Source: an uncultured Chloroflexia bacterium (lineage in GTDB: Bacteria; Chloroflexota; Anaerolineae; Anaerolineales; Anaerolineaceae). From it: a DNA stretch of 64,000 nucleotides. The stretch lies in assembly GCA_963701225.1 (NCBI GenBank), contig OY969578.1:1496871-1560870 (forward strand). The letters run 5' to 3'. Below are positions 37,096-44,893 of this stretch, piece by piece. Every line of letters starts with the position of its first letter. Position 1 is the first letter of the stretch. A program made the position numbers and the translations under genes. The notes under the pieces were generated by a model. That model was not told the origin of the DNA. It searched no databases and worked only from the letters and a program-made list of their open reading frames with translations.

Positions 37096-37112
37096 AATTA
37101 ACGAGGTGACTT

Positions 37113-38324
37113 ATGGATATCAAAGGACAGGTCGAATTCTTGATGCAGGGTACGGAGTACGGCGATGACGAGCTGAAAGCCGCCATGGCCAAAGAGCTTT
37201 CCGAGCGCCTGGTCGAGGCTGAAAAAGAAAGCCGGCCGCTGAAGCTGTATGCCGGTTTTGACCCAACCTCGAGCGATCTTCACCTCGGTCACACCGTCCC
37301 GATGCGCAAGTTGCGCCAGTTCCAGCAACTCGGGCATGACGTCACCTTTTTGATCGGCAACTTCACCTCGCTGATCGGCGACCCCTCCGACAAGGATAGA
37401 TTGCGCCCGCAGTTGACCGCCGAACAGATCCAGGCCAACGCCCAGACATACGCCGACCAGGCTTTTCGCGTTTTGGACCGTGAAAAAACGACCATCCGCT
37501 ACAACGCCGAGTGGCTGTCGAAGGTCACCTTCGAGCAGTTGATCAAGATGGCTTCCAACTTCACCCTGCAGCAATTCGTCATGCGCGAGAACTTCAAGCT
37601 GCGCTGGGAGCGCAACGATCCCGTCTACCTGCATGAAACTTTTTACGCCATCATGCAAGGCTACGACGCCTACATGCTGAAAGCCGACGTGCAGGTTGGC
37701 GCCACCGAGCAGCTCTTTAACATCATCACCGCCGCGCGCAAGATCATGACCCAGCTTGGAGCGCGCCCCAACATCGGCGTTTTGATGCCGATCCTGCCCG
37801 GCACCGACGGTGTCATCCGCATGTCGAAATCACTCGGCAACCACATCCCGTTGAATGCCACCCCGGCCGATATGTACGGCAAGGTGATGAGCCTGCCCGA
37901 CTCGGTCATGCCGACCTACTTCCGGCTGGTGACGCGCTGGACACCGGAGGAGATCAACACCATTGAAGGGCAGTTGAAGTCCGGCAAGCTGCACCCGCGC
38001 GATGCCAAGATGAAGCTGGCGCGCGAGATCGTCGCCTCGCTCTTCACCGACAAGGATGCCGGTGAGGCCGAGGATGCCTTTATCCGCCTGTTCCAGCAGG
38101 GGGATATCCCGGTGGAGATGCCTGAGTTCAAGCTGAAAGATGGAGCGCTGCTGGTGCATGTCTTGATCGAATCCGGCATGAGCCATACGCGCAGCGAGGC
38201 GCGCCGGCTGGTCGACCAGAAGGGCGTCAAGCTGGATGGCAAGGTGCTGAGCGATTCCAATGCGCCGTTCCCAGGACCGGGCGTGTTGCAGGTCGGCAAG
38301 CGACGCTTCGTGAAGATCGTTTGA
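37113..38324 (+). CDS. tyrS: tyrosine--tRNA ligase
   Basis: HIGH-type HLGH, KMSKS-type RMSKS, and a C-terminal S4-like domain (..RSEARRLVDQKGVKLDG..). A GAGGTG RBS lies upstream. Confidence 0.95.
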   Translation: MDIKGQVEFLMQGTEYGDDELKAAMAKELSERLVEAEKESRPLKLYAGFDPTSSDLHLGHTVPMRKLRQFQQLGHDVTFLIGNFTSLIGDPSDKDRLRPQLTAEQIQANAQTYADQAFRVLDREKTTIRYNAEWLSKVTFEQLIKMASNFTLQQFVMRENFKLRWERNDPVYLHETFYAIMQGYDAYMLKADVQVGATEQLFNIITAARKIMTQLGARPNIGVLMPILPGTDGVIRMSKSLGNHIPLNATPADMYGKVMSLPDSVMPTYFRLVTRWTPEEINTIEGQLKSGKLHPRDAKMKLAREIVASLFTDKDAGEAEDAFIRLFQQGDIPVEMPEFKLKDGALLVHVLIESGMSHTRSEARRLVDQKGVKLDGKVLSDSNAPFPGPGVLQVGKRRFVKIV

Positions 38325-38345
38325 TCAACCAATGAAAAATAATTC

Positions 38346-38391
38346 GTAGCGGTGCACTCCTCTGGACGCAGAGCGAGCTGTGCACCGCTAC
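38346..38391. repeat. perfect 12-bp-stem palindrome between convergent genes (GTAG-initiated)
   Basis: GTAGCGGTGCAC-22 nt-GTGCACCGCTAC. There is no clear T-run on either side. Confidence 0.6.
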
Positions 38392-38427
38392 GTTGTTATC
38401 AATGAATTCGCAATGACGGTTGATCTT

Positions 38428-41055
38428 TTACTGTGCAGCCAGGATGAGCGACGCGCCGATCAATTCCGCCCGATAAGGCAGGTTGCTCTCCAGTAGCACA
38501 ACCGCCACGACCGGTGTGCCATTCCAACCGGGCAGAGTCCCGCCCAGGTACCACAGAATGGTGCGATCGGGGGTGAGGGGCGCGATACCCAATGCCTGCC
38601 AGAAGGGCTGGCCTTCCACCTTCAACAGTTCGGCCGTCTTTTCAGCCTGCGAGGCGGAAAAGACCTGTTGGGATTCGCCCTCGACCGGCAGGATCACCCA
38701 GCCGCTCCCGGGCGTGTTGACCGAAAGCGCCAGGCGTGGGGCTGGCATGACCCCCTCCGCGCTGATTGCCGCGGCAGCCAGTGCCAGTTGCAAGGGGCTG
38801 ACATCGGCACCTTGCATACCCAGCACCAGGTGGACGATATCCGGCGTTGGATCAGGCAATCTATTAAATGAAGCATCCAACAGGATGGCCGGTTTGGAAT
38901 AAAACCCCAGTTGTTGGTAGAACGTGGGCAGGGATGCGGATGTGAAAGAACCGGACAGGCTCAACCCGGCCACCGGACAGCCGGAAGCGATCAGGCTTTT
39001 CCAACCGGCATGCGGGCCGGTATAGAGTGCGCACGGGAAGAGGGTGCCATCCAGCCCGGTTGTGGCAAGCGCCGGAGGGTCGGGCAGCTCGTTTGCGAGC
39101 GCGTTTGCCAGCAGGAACACGTTCAAACTGGTGCCGGCCGGGTACAGCGCCTGCGTGGTGCGGTTCAGGAGCGGCCCGCGATCATCCGCCTGCAGTGCTC
39201 CCAGCGTCGTTTCGAGCAGGTTGGCGTCGTAGGTGGGGTGGGAAGCCAGCGCCAGGATCTCACCCGTCACCGGGTTCAACAACACCACCGCGCCGGTCTG
39301 GTCGCCCAGAAGTTCATCCGCGCGCTGTTGCAATGCCAGGCTGAGGCTGACGCGGATATCCAACCCTTGCAGCGGCTGGTTGTACAACAGGTTGCTGACC
39401 GCCTGCTCCAGGGCGGGGGTGCCGCGGATACCGCGCAGGTATTCATCCAGGGCTGCCTCCAGCCCGGACTGGCCGTAGGCGGGGTTCGTATAGCCGACAA
39501 CCGGGCTGAGCGGGGTATACAGCAGCCGGCGCGTGTAAGCGCCTGAATCCCCTTCGGTCTGGCTGATAACATTATCGGTGCGGTCGAGGATGCGGCCGCG
39601 CAGCACGAAACGGTCGTTGATGGTGCGGCGCGGATTATCGGTGCGCGCGGTCAGGGCATCGTTGCGGATGACCGCCCACCAGCCGCAGCCCAGCGCCAGC
39701 AGGGCAAAGCTAGCGAACAGCATCCCGGCGGTGACGGTCAGCGGACGCGATGGCAACTGCGCAGCCTGCCTTGCATCCCCCTCATCTGCGCTGATGCGCA
39801 GCAGGATGCCGACCGCCAGCAGGGCGGTCAGCAGCGAGGACCCACCGTAGGAAAGGAAGGGCAGGGTCACACCCGTGATCGGCAGCAGGCGGATATTGCC
39901 CGCCACGATCAGGATGGTCTGCAGTGCCAGGTAGGCGCTGATGCCGCCGGCCAGGAAACGTTTGAACAGATCGTCGCTTCTGAGCGCAACTTTGAAACCG
40001 CGCAGGATGAGCAGGCAGAAGACCAGCAGTAAAGCCAGGCATCCGATCAGCCCGCCCTCCTCCCCGACGGCAGCAAAGATGAAGTCCGATTGGGTGACCG
40101 GGATGAGCCCCGGGCTGCCCAGGCCGATCCCACTTCCGAAGATGCCGCCCGAGGCGACCGCGATCAGCGACTGCACCAGCTGGTAGGACCTGCCGCTCGG
40201 ATCGAGCCACGGGTTCAACCAAGCATCCACCCTCAGACGGACAATGTTGATATACAGGTAGCCCAACCCACCGCCGGCCAGCAGCAGGAAACCACTGAGT
40301 ACCAGGACGCGCAGCCGGTCGGTGGCGTAATACAGGATGACGGCAAACAGGATGATGATCAGGCTTGTGGTGCCCAGGTCATGCTGGCCGATCAGCAAGG
40401 CCAACGCTGTGATGAATGCCAGCCCGAGTGGAGCCAGCGTCTGTTTGAGCGAGAACTGCAGCGGCAGGCGGTCAGCCAGGTAGGCGGAGAGAAAGATGAT
40501 GATCAACAGCTTGAGCGGTTCGGAAGGCTGCAGATATACACCGCCCAACCCGATCCACAACGTAGGACCGCTGCCGCCCGGGTATACCCCCAGCAGGAAG
40601 GTCAAGCCGATCAGCAGCAACCCACCGGTAAGCCACAGGTACTTGAAACGCCTGAGGAGGGCGAGCGGGTCTTTGAGATGGAACAGAATGACCAGTAAAA
40701 CTGAAGCGACTGCCAGCCAGATGGTCTGCCGCAGCCCGAAATAGAAGGACAGGCGATAGATCGCCAGCAAACCCCAACCGGCCAGCAACGCGGTGAGGGG
40801 CAGGAGGTACGGGTCGCGCTCGGGAAGTTTGCGGCGCGCCTGCCAGGTGACGAACGTGAACACAGCCGCCCAGACGGCCAACCCGATCCAGTGCGTCCAG
40901 CGGTAACTGACCGACCAGCTATGCGCGCGCACAGCCGGAGCCAGGGTCAGCGCGATGGCAGACAGGGTGAGAAAAGCGCCTGCCAGCAGCAACAAGCGCT
41001 GTTCGATGTTATTCGTGTTTAAAATAACCGGTTTATTAATCCGCTTGCGGAGCAT
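38428..41055 (-). CDS. SEDS (FtsW/RodA) protein fused to a PBP transpeptidase-like domain lacking the canonical catalytic motifs
   Basis: The N-terminal ~460 aa are polytopic FtsW/RodA-like (..GVTLPFLSYGGSSLL..). The C-terminal ~400 aa are PBP-like (..LLNPVTGEILALASHPTYD..NRTTQALYPAGTSLNV..). Confidence 0.85.
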   Translation of the reverse strand: MLRKRINKPVILNTNNIEQRLLLLAGAFLTLSAIALTLAPAVRAHSWSVSYRWTHWIGLAVWAAVFTFVTWQARRKLPERDPYLLPLTALLAGWGLLAIYRLSFYFGLRQTIWLAVASVLLVILFHLKDPLALLRRFKYLWLTGGLLLIGLTFLLGVYPGGSGPTLWIGLGGVYLQPSEPLKLLIIIFLSAYLADRLPLQFSLKQTLAPLGLAFITALALLIGQHDLGTTSLIIILFAVILYYATDRLRVLVLSGFLLLAGGGLGYLYINIVRLRVDAWLNPWLDPSGRSYQLVQSLIAVASGGIFGSGIGLGSPGLIPVTQSDFIFAAVGEEGGLIGCLALLLVFCLLILRGFKVALRSDDLFKRFLAGGISAYLALQTILIVAGNIRLLPITGVTLPFLSYGGSSLLTALLAVGILLRISADEGDARQAAQLPSRPLTVTAGMLFASFALLALGCGWWAVIRNDALTARTDNPRRTINDRFVLRGRILDRTDNVISQTEGDSGAYTRRLLYTPLSPVVGYTNPAYGQSGLEAALDEYLRGIRGTPALEQAVSNLLYNQPLQGLDIRVSLSLALQQRADELLGDQTGAVVLLNPVTGEILALASHPTYDANLLETTLGALQADDRGPLLNRTTQALYPAGTSLNVFLLANALANELPDPPALATTGLDGTLFPCALYTGPHAGWKSLIASGCPVAGLSLSGSFTSASLPTFYQQLGFYSKPAILLDASFNRLPDPTPDIVHLVLGMQGADVSPLQLALAAAAISAEGVMPAPRLALSVNTPGSGWVILPVEGESQQVFSASQAEKTAELLKVEGQPFWQALGIAPLTPDRTILWYLGGTLPGWNGTPVVAVVLLESNLPYRAELIGASLILAAQ

Positions 41056-41084
41056 GGCTGTTATGGGTCAGACGCGGCAATACA

Positions 41085-42293
41085 TCAGACCAGACGTGAA
41101 AGGCAATTTTGGAAGGTCTGCCACAAGGATATTTGCCGGGGGTCATCATGCAACCTGAAATTCCACTTGCTGGGGATATAGGCGAAGCCCGAGCCTGTAT
41201 CCGGGTCCGCATATCCAAAGGAGCCTCCTGCCCCCGGCATCCCATAGGCATGGGGGCTGCTTCCGAATTTGTAACCGCGGAACGGCTTGAGCATGCCCAG
41301 GGAGAAGGACACTTCAAGGCCGGTCACCATGTCTTCAAGCCCCGCGGAGGGCGGGGGAGCCGGGGTAACGAGTGCCTCCAGCGTCTCGGATTTCAACCTC
41401 AGTCCTTTGCCGCCAAGCGCGAAGATGTTGTAGGCTCTGGCAATGCTGCGGGCTGTTCCGACACCGTTATAGCCGGGTCCCTCCACGGCCAGGAAGTCAC
41501 GTTTCCGTTTGCGCTCATCCGACGTCTTTGGAATTGGGGTGGCAAAGGCGCGACTGGTGAGAGAGTTGGGGTTGAGGTAATTGAGCGCCATTTTGATGGG
41601 CAGCAGGTTGGACTCGGTCAGGGTCTGGGACAGGCCAAATTCCCGGATGGATGCCAGTCTTGAATCAGGGATATCTGACGGAAGACCAATGTAAAACTCG
41701 AGACCAAGCGGTATGGCAATTTCCTCTCTGAAGAATCGACCCAGCGAGCGGTGAGAGGGGTCGACGCGGCGTATCAGTTCGCCGGCATACCATCCGAGGG
41801 TGACCGCGTGAAAGCCCTGTCGGGTACCCGGCACCCAAGCAGGTTGTTGGGAAGCGAGTATCCGGGCGAGGGTGTCCAGATCCTTGACATCTTCATAAGT
41901 GAGCGGCGGGTCAATAGCGCACAAACCTGCCTGATGAGCCATCAGTTGTCTGACAGTAATCCGTAGTTTCCCGCTTTGGGAAAATTCCGGCCAATAATTG
42001 CAAACAGGCTGATCCAGTTCGAAGTAACCCCGGGAATGGGCCAGGGCGACGGCGAGTGCTGTCAGCCCGATTGTGGTGGATGACACCATGGCCAGCGTAT
42101 CTTCCTCCCATTCTGCGCCGCTATGTTCATCGCGCAGCCCTCCCCACAGGTCCACCACTTTGCGGCCACCACAATAAGCGGCGCAGGCTGCGCCGAGCTC
42201 CTTCCGTTCGATGAAGTTTCTTTCGAAAGCCTCTCTTACCGGCTCGAATTCAGGAGCGACATCACCTTTAATTGAAATGGTTTCTTTTACCAT
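41085..42293 (-). CDS. beta-lactamase/esterase-fold (serine-hydrolase-like) protein with a variant active-site motif
   Basis: ..DTLAMVSSTTIGLTALAVALAHSRGYFELDQPVCNYWPEF..GKLRITVRQLMAHQAGL.. is colinear with the class C/family VIII fold. STTIG sits where S-x-x-K is expected. Confidence 0.7.
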   Translation of the reverse strand: MVKETISIKGDVAPEFEPVREAFERNFIERKELGAACAAYCGGRKVVDLWGGLRDEHSGAEWEEDTLAMVSSTTIGLTALAVALAHSRGYFELDQPVCNYWPEFSQSGKLRITVRQLMAHQAGLCAIDPPLTYEDVKDLDTLARILASQQPAWVPGTRQGFHAVTLGWYAGELIRRVDPSHRSLGRFFREEIAIPLGLEFYIGLPSDIPDSRLASIREFGLSQTLTESNLLPIKMALNYLNPNSLTSRAFATPIPKTSDERKRKRDFLAVEGPGYNGVGTARSIARAYNIFALGGKGLRLKSETLEALVTPAPPPSAGLEDMVTGLEVSFSLGMLKPFRGYKFGSSPHAYGMPGAGGSFGYADPDTGSGFAYIPSKWNFRLHDDPRQISLWQTFQNCLSRLV

Positions 42294-42333
42294 GATCCAC
42301 TTGTTCCTTCCTCCTCCCTTTGGAGTAGCGTGG

Positions 42334-43212
42334 TTACTTCAGGTATTTATCCACCAGCAAACCGAGTATACCACGCGTCCTGGGGGGGATAAGGTCGGGT
42401 CTGGTAATGATGGCATTTTCCAGCGCCGACCCGCATCTGCACGGACGTTCGGGGGTCATCTTACGCAGCAGCGCGCGCACTGCCTCCTGGGCGATGTGGG
42501 TATTTTTATCGAGGATCGCCAGTACCTTTTCGACCGTGACCGGTTCCTCGCTGACATGCCAGACGTCGTAATCTGTGACATGTGCCATGATGGCAAAGCA
42601 CAGCTCGGCCTCGCGTGCCAGGAAGGCTTCGGGGCAGGCGGTCATGCCGATCAGCGAAGCGCCCCACGATCTGAAGACCTGTGACTCGGCGCGGGTCGAG
42701 AAACGCGGTCCCTCGATCGTGACCAGCGACCCGCCGGCATGCACTTTCGCGTCCACTTCTCCAAGCGCGGATAAAAGTTGTTTGGAGAAATCAGGGCAGA
42801 ACGGGTCGGCCGTGCCGACATGCGCCACCAGACCTTCACCGAAGAAAGTGCGCTGGCGATCCCTGGTGAAATCGATCAGCTGGTCGGGGACGGCGATCTC
42901 ACCCGGGGCGTAATCCTCGCGCAACGAACCGACCGCGCTGATCGAAACCACCCGCTCGACCCCCAACGATTTGAGCGCGTAAAGGTTGGCGCGGTAATTG
43001 ACCTCCTGGGGCAGGAGGGTATGACCGATGCCATGCCGTGCCAGGAATGCCACCAGCACGCCTTCCAGCTTGCCGGTCACGATCGGCGCCGAGGGATGTC
43101 CGAAGGGGGTGTCGACATCCAGTTCGCGGGCATCCTCCAGCCCTTCAAATCTATATAGACCGGAACCGCCGATCACGGCCAGCAGAGGTTTTTCAGCCAT
43201 GGGTACCCTCAC
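42334..43212 (-). CDS. mtnP: S-methyl-5'-thioadenosine phosphorylase
   Basis: ..AVIGGSGLY.., ..FLARHG.GH.. and ..GMT..PEA.LAREAE.C.. PNP/MTAP-family motifs. Confidence 0.85.
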   Translation of the reverse strand: MRVPMAEKPLLAVIGGSGLYRFEGLEDARELDVDTPFGHPSAPIVTGKLEGVLVAFLARHGIGHTLLPQEVNYRANLYALKSLGVERVVSISAVGSLREDYAPGEIAVPDQLIDFTRDRQRTFFGEGLVAHVGTADPFCPDFSKQLLSALGEVDAKVHAGGSLVTIEGPRFSTRAESQVFRSWGASLIGMTACPEAFLAREAELCFAIMAHVTDYDVWHVSEEPVTVEKVLAILDKNTHIAQEAVRALLRKMTPERPCRCGSALENAIITRPDLIPPRTRGILGLLVDKYLK

Positions 43213-43242
43213 AATAGCCCAGCCGGTTTGCCGGCCAGGTCG

Positions 43243-43665
43243 TTATTCGATTTTAACATTCAGGCTGACCTTCCCAAACATCAGCGTATCCCCGCCCACC
43301 AGCACGGTCGGGGTGGTGACGGGTGATAAATTCAAGTAGGTGCCATTGGTCGAGCCCAGGTCTTCCACCCACCACTGATTGTTATGATAGCTCAGCCTGG
43401 CATGGCGGGCGGAGATCGTTTCATCCTTCATACAAAACTGGCAGCCTTTTTCGCGCCCAACGATCACTTCGGGGCAGTCAAATCGCTGTGTCTTTCCATC
43501 CGCTCCGTCAGCCGGTTTCAGGATTAACACCGGGCTGTTTTTCTCGCGGCCGGCCGTGATCGGTTTGCGCAGGGACTTCCACAGCAGGTAGAAGGCAAAT
43601 GCGACGAACGCGTATAGCGCAACTGCCATCAGGATGCGCAGGATCAGGACGACGACGGCGCTCAT
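43243..43665 (-). CDS. membrane-anchored FHA-domain protein (FhaB/FipA-like)
   Basis: An N-terminal TM helix and a C-terminal FHA domain (..VIVGREKGCQF..DETISARHARL..WWVEDLGSTNGTYLN..). Confidence 0.75.
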   Translation of the reverse strand: MSAVVVLILRILMAVALYAFVAFAFYLLWKSLRKPITAGREKNSPVLILKPADGADGKTQRFDCPEVIVGREKGCQFCMKDETISARHARLSYHNNQWWVEDLGSTNGTYLNLSPVTTPTVLVGGDTLMFGKVSLNVKIE

Positions 43666-44432
43666 GTCGGATCCTCTGCCGGGCTTATGGCCGGCATCCC
43701 GGCGGTATCATCAATGGCTGGCGACTCCTGACCGTAAACCATGCTCACATCGCCGATTTCGATCACATCGCCCGGGAAGAGTGCAACCTGTTGGATCAAC
43801 TTGCCATTCACCAGCGTGCCGCTGGCCGAATCCAGGTCAAATATATGGAAGGTGCCGTCGATGATCCTGAGCTGGGCGTGGAGCCGGCTGACCTGCGGGT
43901 CGTTGAATACCAGCTGGTTGCTTTCGGCACGCCCGATGGTGATCACCGGCTGGTCGAGCGCCAGGTGTCGGTCGCCGTTGATGATCAGGAATGCCTCTTC
44001 AGGAAGTCCGCGGGCTGCCGGCAGTCCTGCCGGGGTTTCGGTGGTCGCGCCTGCCAGTTCACTCTCATCCAGGGTGGTGACCCGGATGTCTTGCAGACCG
44101 ATGGAGCCGTCGAACGTGACGTTGATCACCGGATGCAGCTCGAAAGTAACTCCCTGTTCGCGGGCAGCCTGATTGATGGCAGCCGTCAACATGCCGGTCA
44201 GGTCAGGTGGATCGCGCCACAGGGCTGCGTGGATCGGGTTGAGGTGGATCTCATAATAGACCGGGACGGTTAACCGCCCGCCTTCATCCACGCCCAGGTT
44301 GTCGCTCATGGCTTCCACCAGTCGTTTCGCCAGCAACAAGCCGGCCTGGTTGTTGGGAAAGAAAGCCCGGAAAGGTGTTTCGATCAGCTTTGACAGGTGT
44401 TGCTCGATACGATCCAATAAATCCAGTTTCAC
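43662..44432 (-). CDS. FhaA-like protein (DUF3662-like N-terminal domain plus C-terminal FHA domain)
   Basis: FHA motifs are ..ITIGRAESNQLVFNDPQVSRLHAQL..DLDSASGTLVNG... The track ORF extends to 44510 and would overlap the divergent archease start. GTG 44432, preceded by AAGGA, gives VKLDLLDRIEQHLSKLIE.., which resembles typical FhaA N-termini. Confidence 0.7.
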   Translation of the reverse strand: MKLDLLDRIEQHLSKLIETPFRAFFPNNQAGLLLAKRLVEAMSDNLGVDEGGRLTVPVYYEIHLNPIHAALWRDPPDLTGMLTAAINQAAREQGVTFELHPVINVTFDGSIGLQDIRVTTLDESELAGATTETPAGLPAARGLPEEAFLIINGDRHLALDQPVITIGRAESNQLVFNDPQVSRLHAQLRIIDGTFHIFDLDSASGTLVNGKLIQQVALFPGDVIEIGDVSMVYGQESPAIDDTAGMPAISPAEDPT

Positions 44433-44468
44433 GGTGATCCTTTTGAAGGCTATATTATACTGTAGGGG

Positions 44469-44885
44469 ATGAAGAAGCTCCTTACGGAGGGATTTCGCGA
44501 GGTTGGCCACGGTGCGGATGCAGCGCTGGAGGTATGGGCGCGTGACCTGCCTGCCTTGTTCCGCCAGGCGGCGCAGGGTATGTATTCCCTGATGGGTGCA
44601 ACACCTTCCCAGGTATCTTCAACGCTCCGTTCATTTAAACTTTCTGCGGCAGATGATGAATCGCTATTGGTGATGTTCCTCTCCAGGCTTTTATTCCTTC
44701 TTGACCAGGAACGCTTGATGTTTACAAAAATGGAATTTCATTACCTGCCCGGCAGATTAATTGGAATACTGGAAGGGACCCCTCTTGGTTCGATCCAACG
44801 CGAGATCAAGGCGGTAACCTTCAACGACCTGGAGATACGGCAGGAAGAGCGGTTGTACAGGGTACTGATCGTTTTTGACCTGTGA
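44469..44885 (+). CDS. archease
   Basis: ..[41 protein letters not shown].. It is about 138 aa and lies immediately upstream of rtcB. Confidence 0.75.
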   Translation: MKKLLTEGFREVGHGADAALEVWARDLPALFRQAAQGMYSLMGATPSQVSSTLRSFKLSAADDESLLVMFLSRLLFLLDQERLMFTKMEFHYLPGRLIGILEGTPLGSIQREIKAVTFNDLEIRQEERLYRVLIVFDL

Positions 44886-44893
44886 GGTGCAAG

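Noticed and set aside
36935-37112. T-box riboswitch upstream of tyrS (terminator hairpin, UAC and UGGU words in the leader)
   Set aside because: I could not find the conserved T-box sequence (AAnnnGGGUGGnACCGCG) or a Stem I/specifier architecture. The same leader sequence occurs four more times in the locus, in front of non-aaRS genes or nothing at all. It is therefore a member of the Q repeat family.
38483-40744. Long antisense or alternative-frame ORFs in the GC-rich core (e.g. 38911-39546, 40090-40698, 45614-46249, 43599-44273, 56203-56928, 57877-58470, 309-1064)
   Set aside because: They fully overlap genes with clear family motifs, have R/A/G/P-rich compositions typical of off-frame translation of GC-rich DNA, and lack RBSs.
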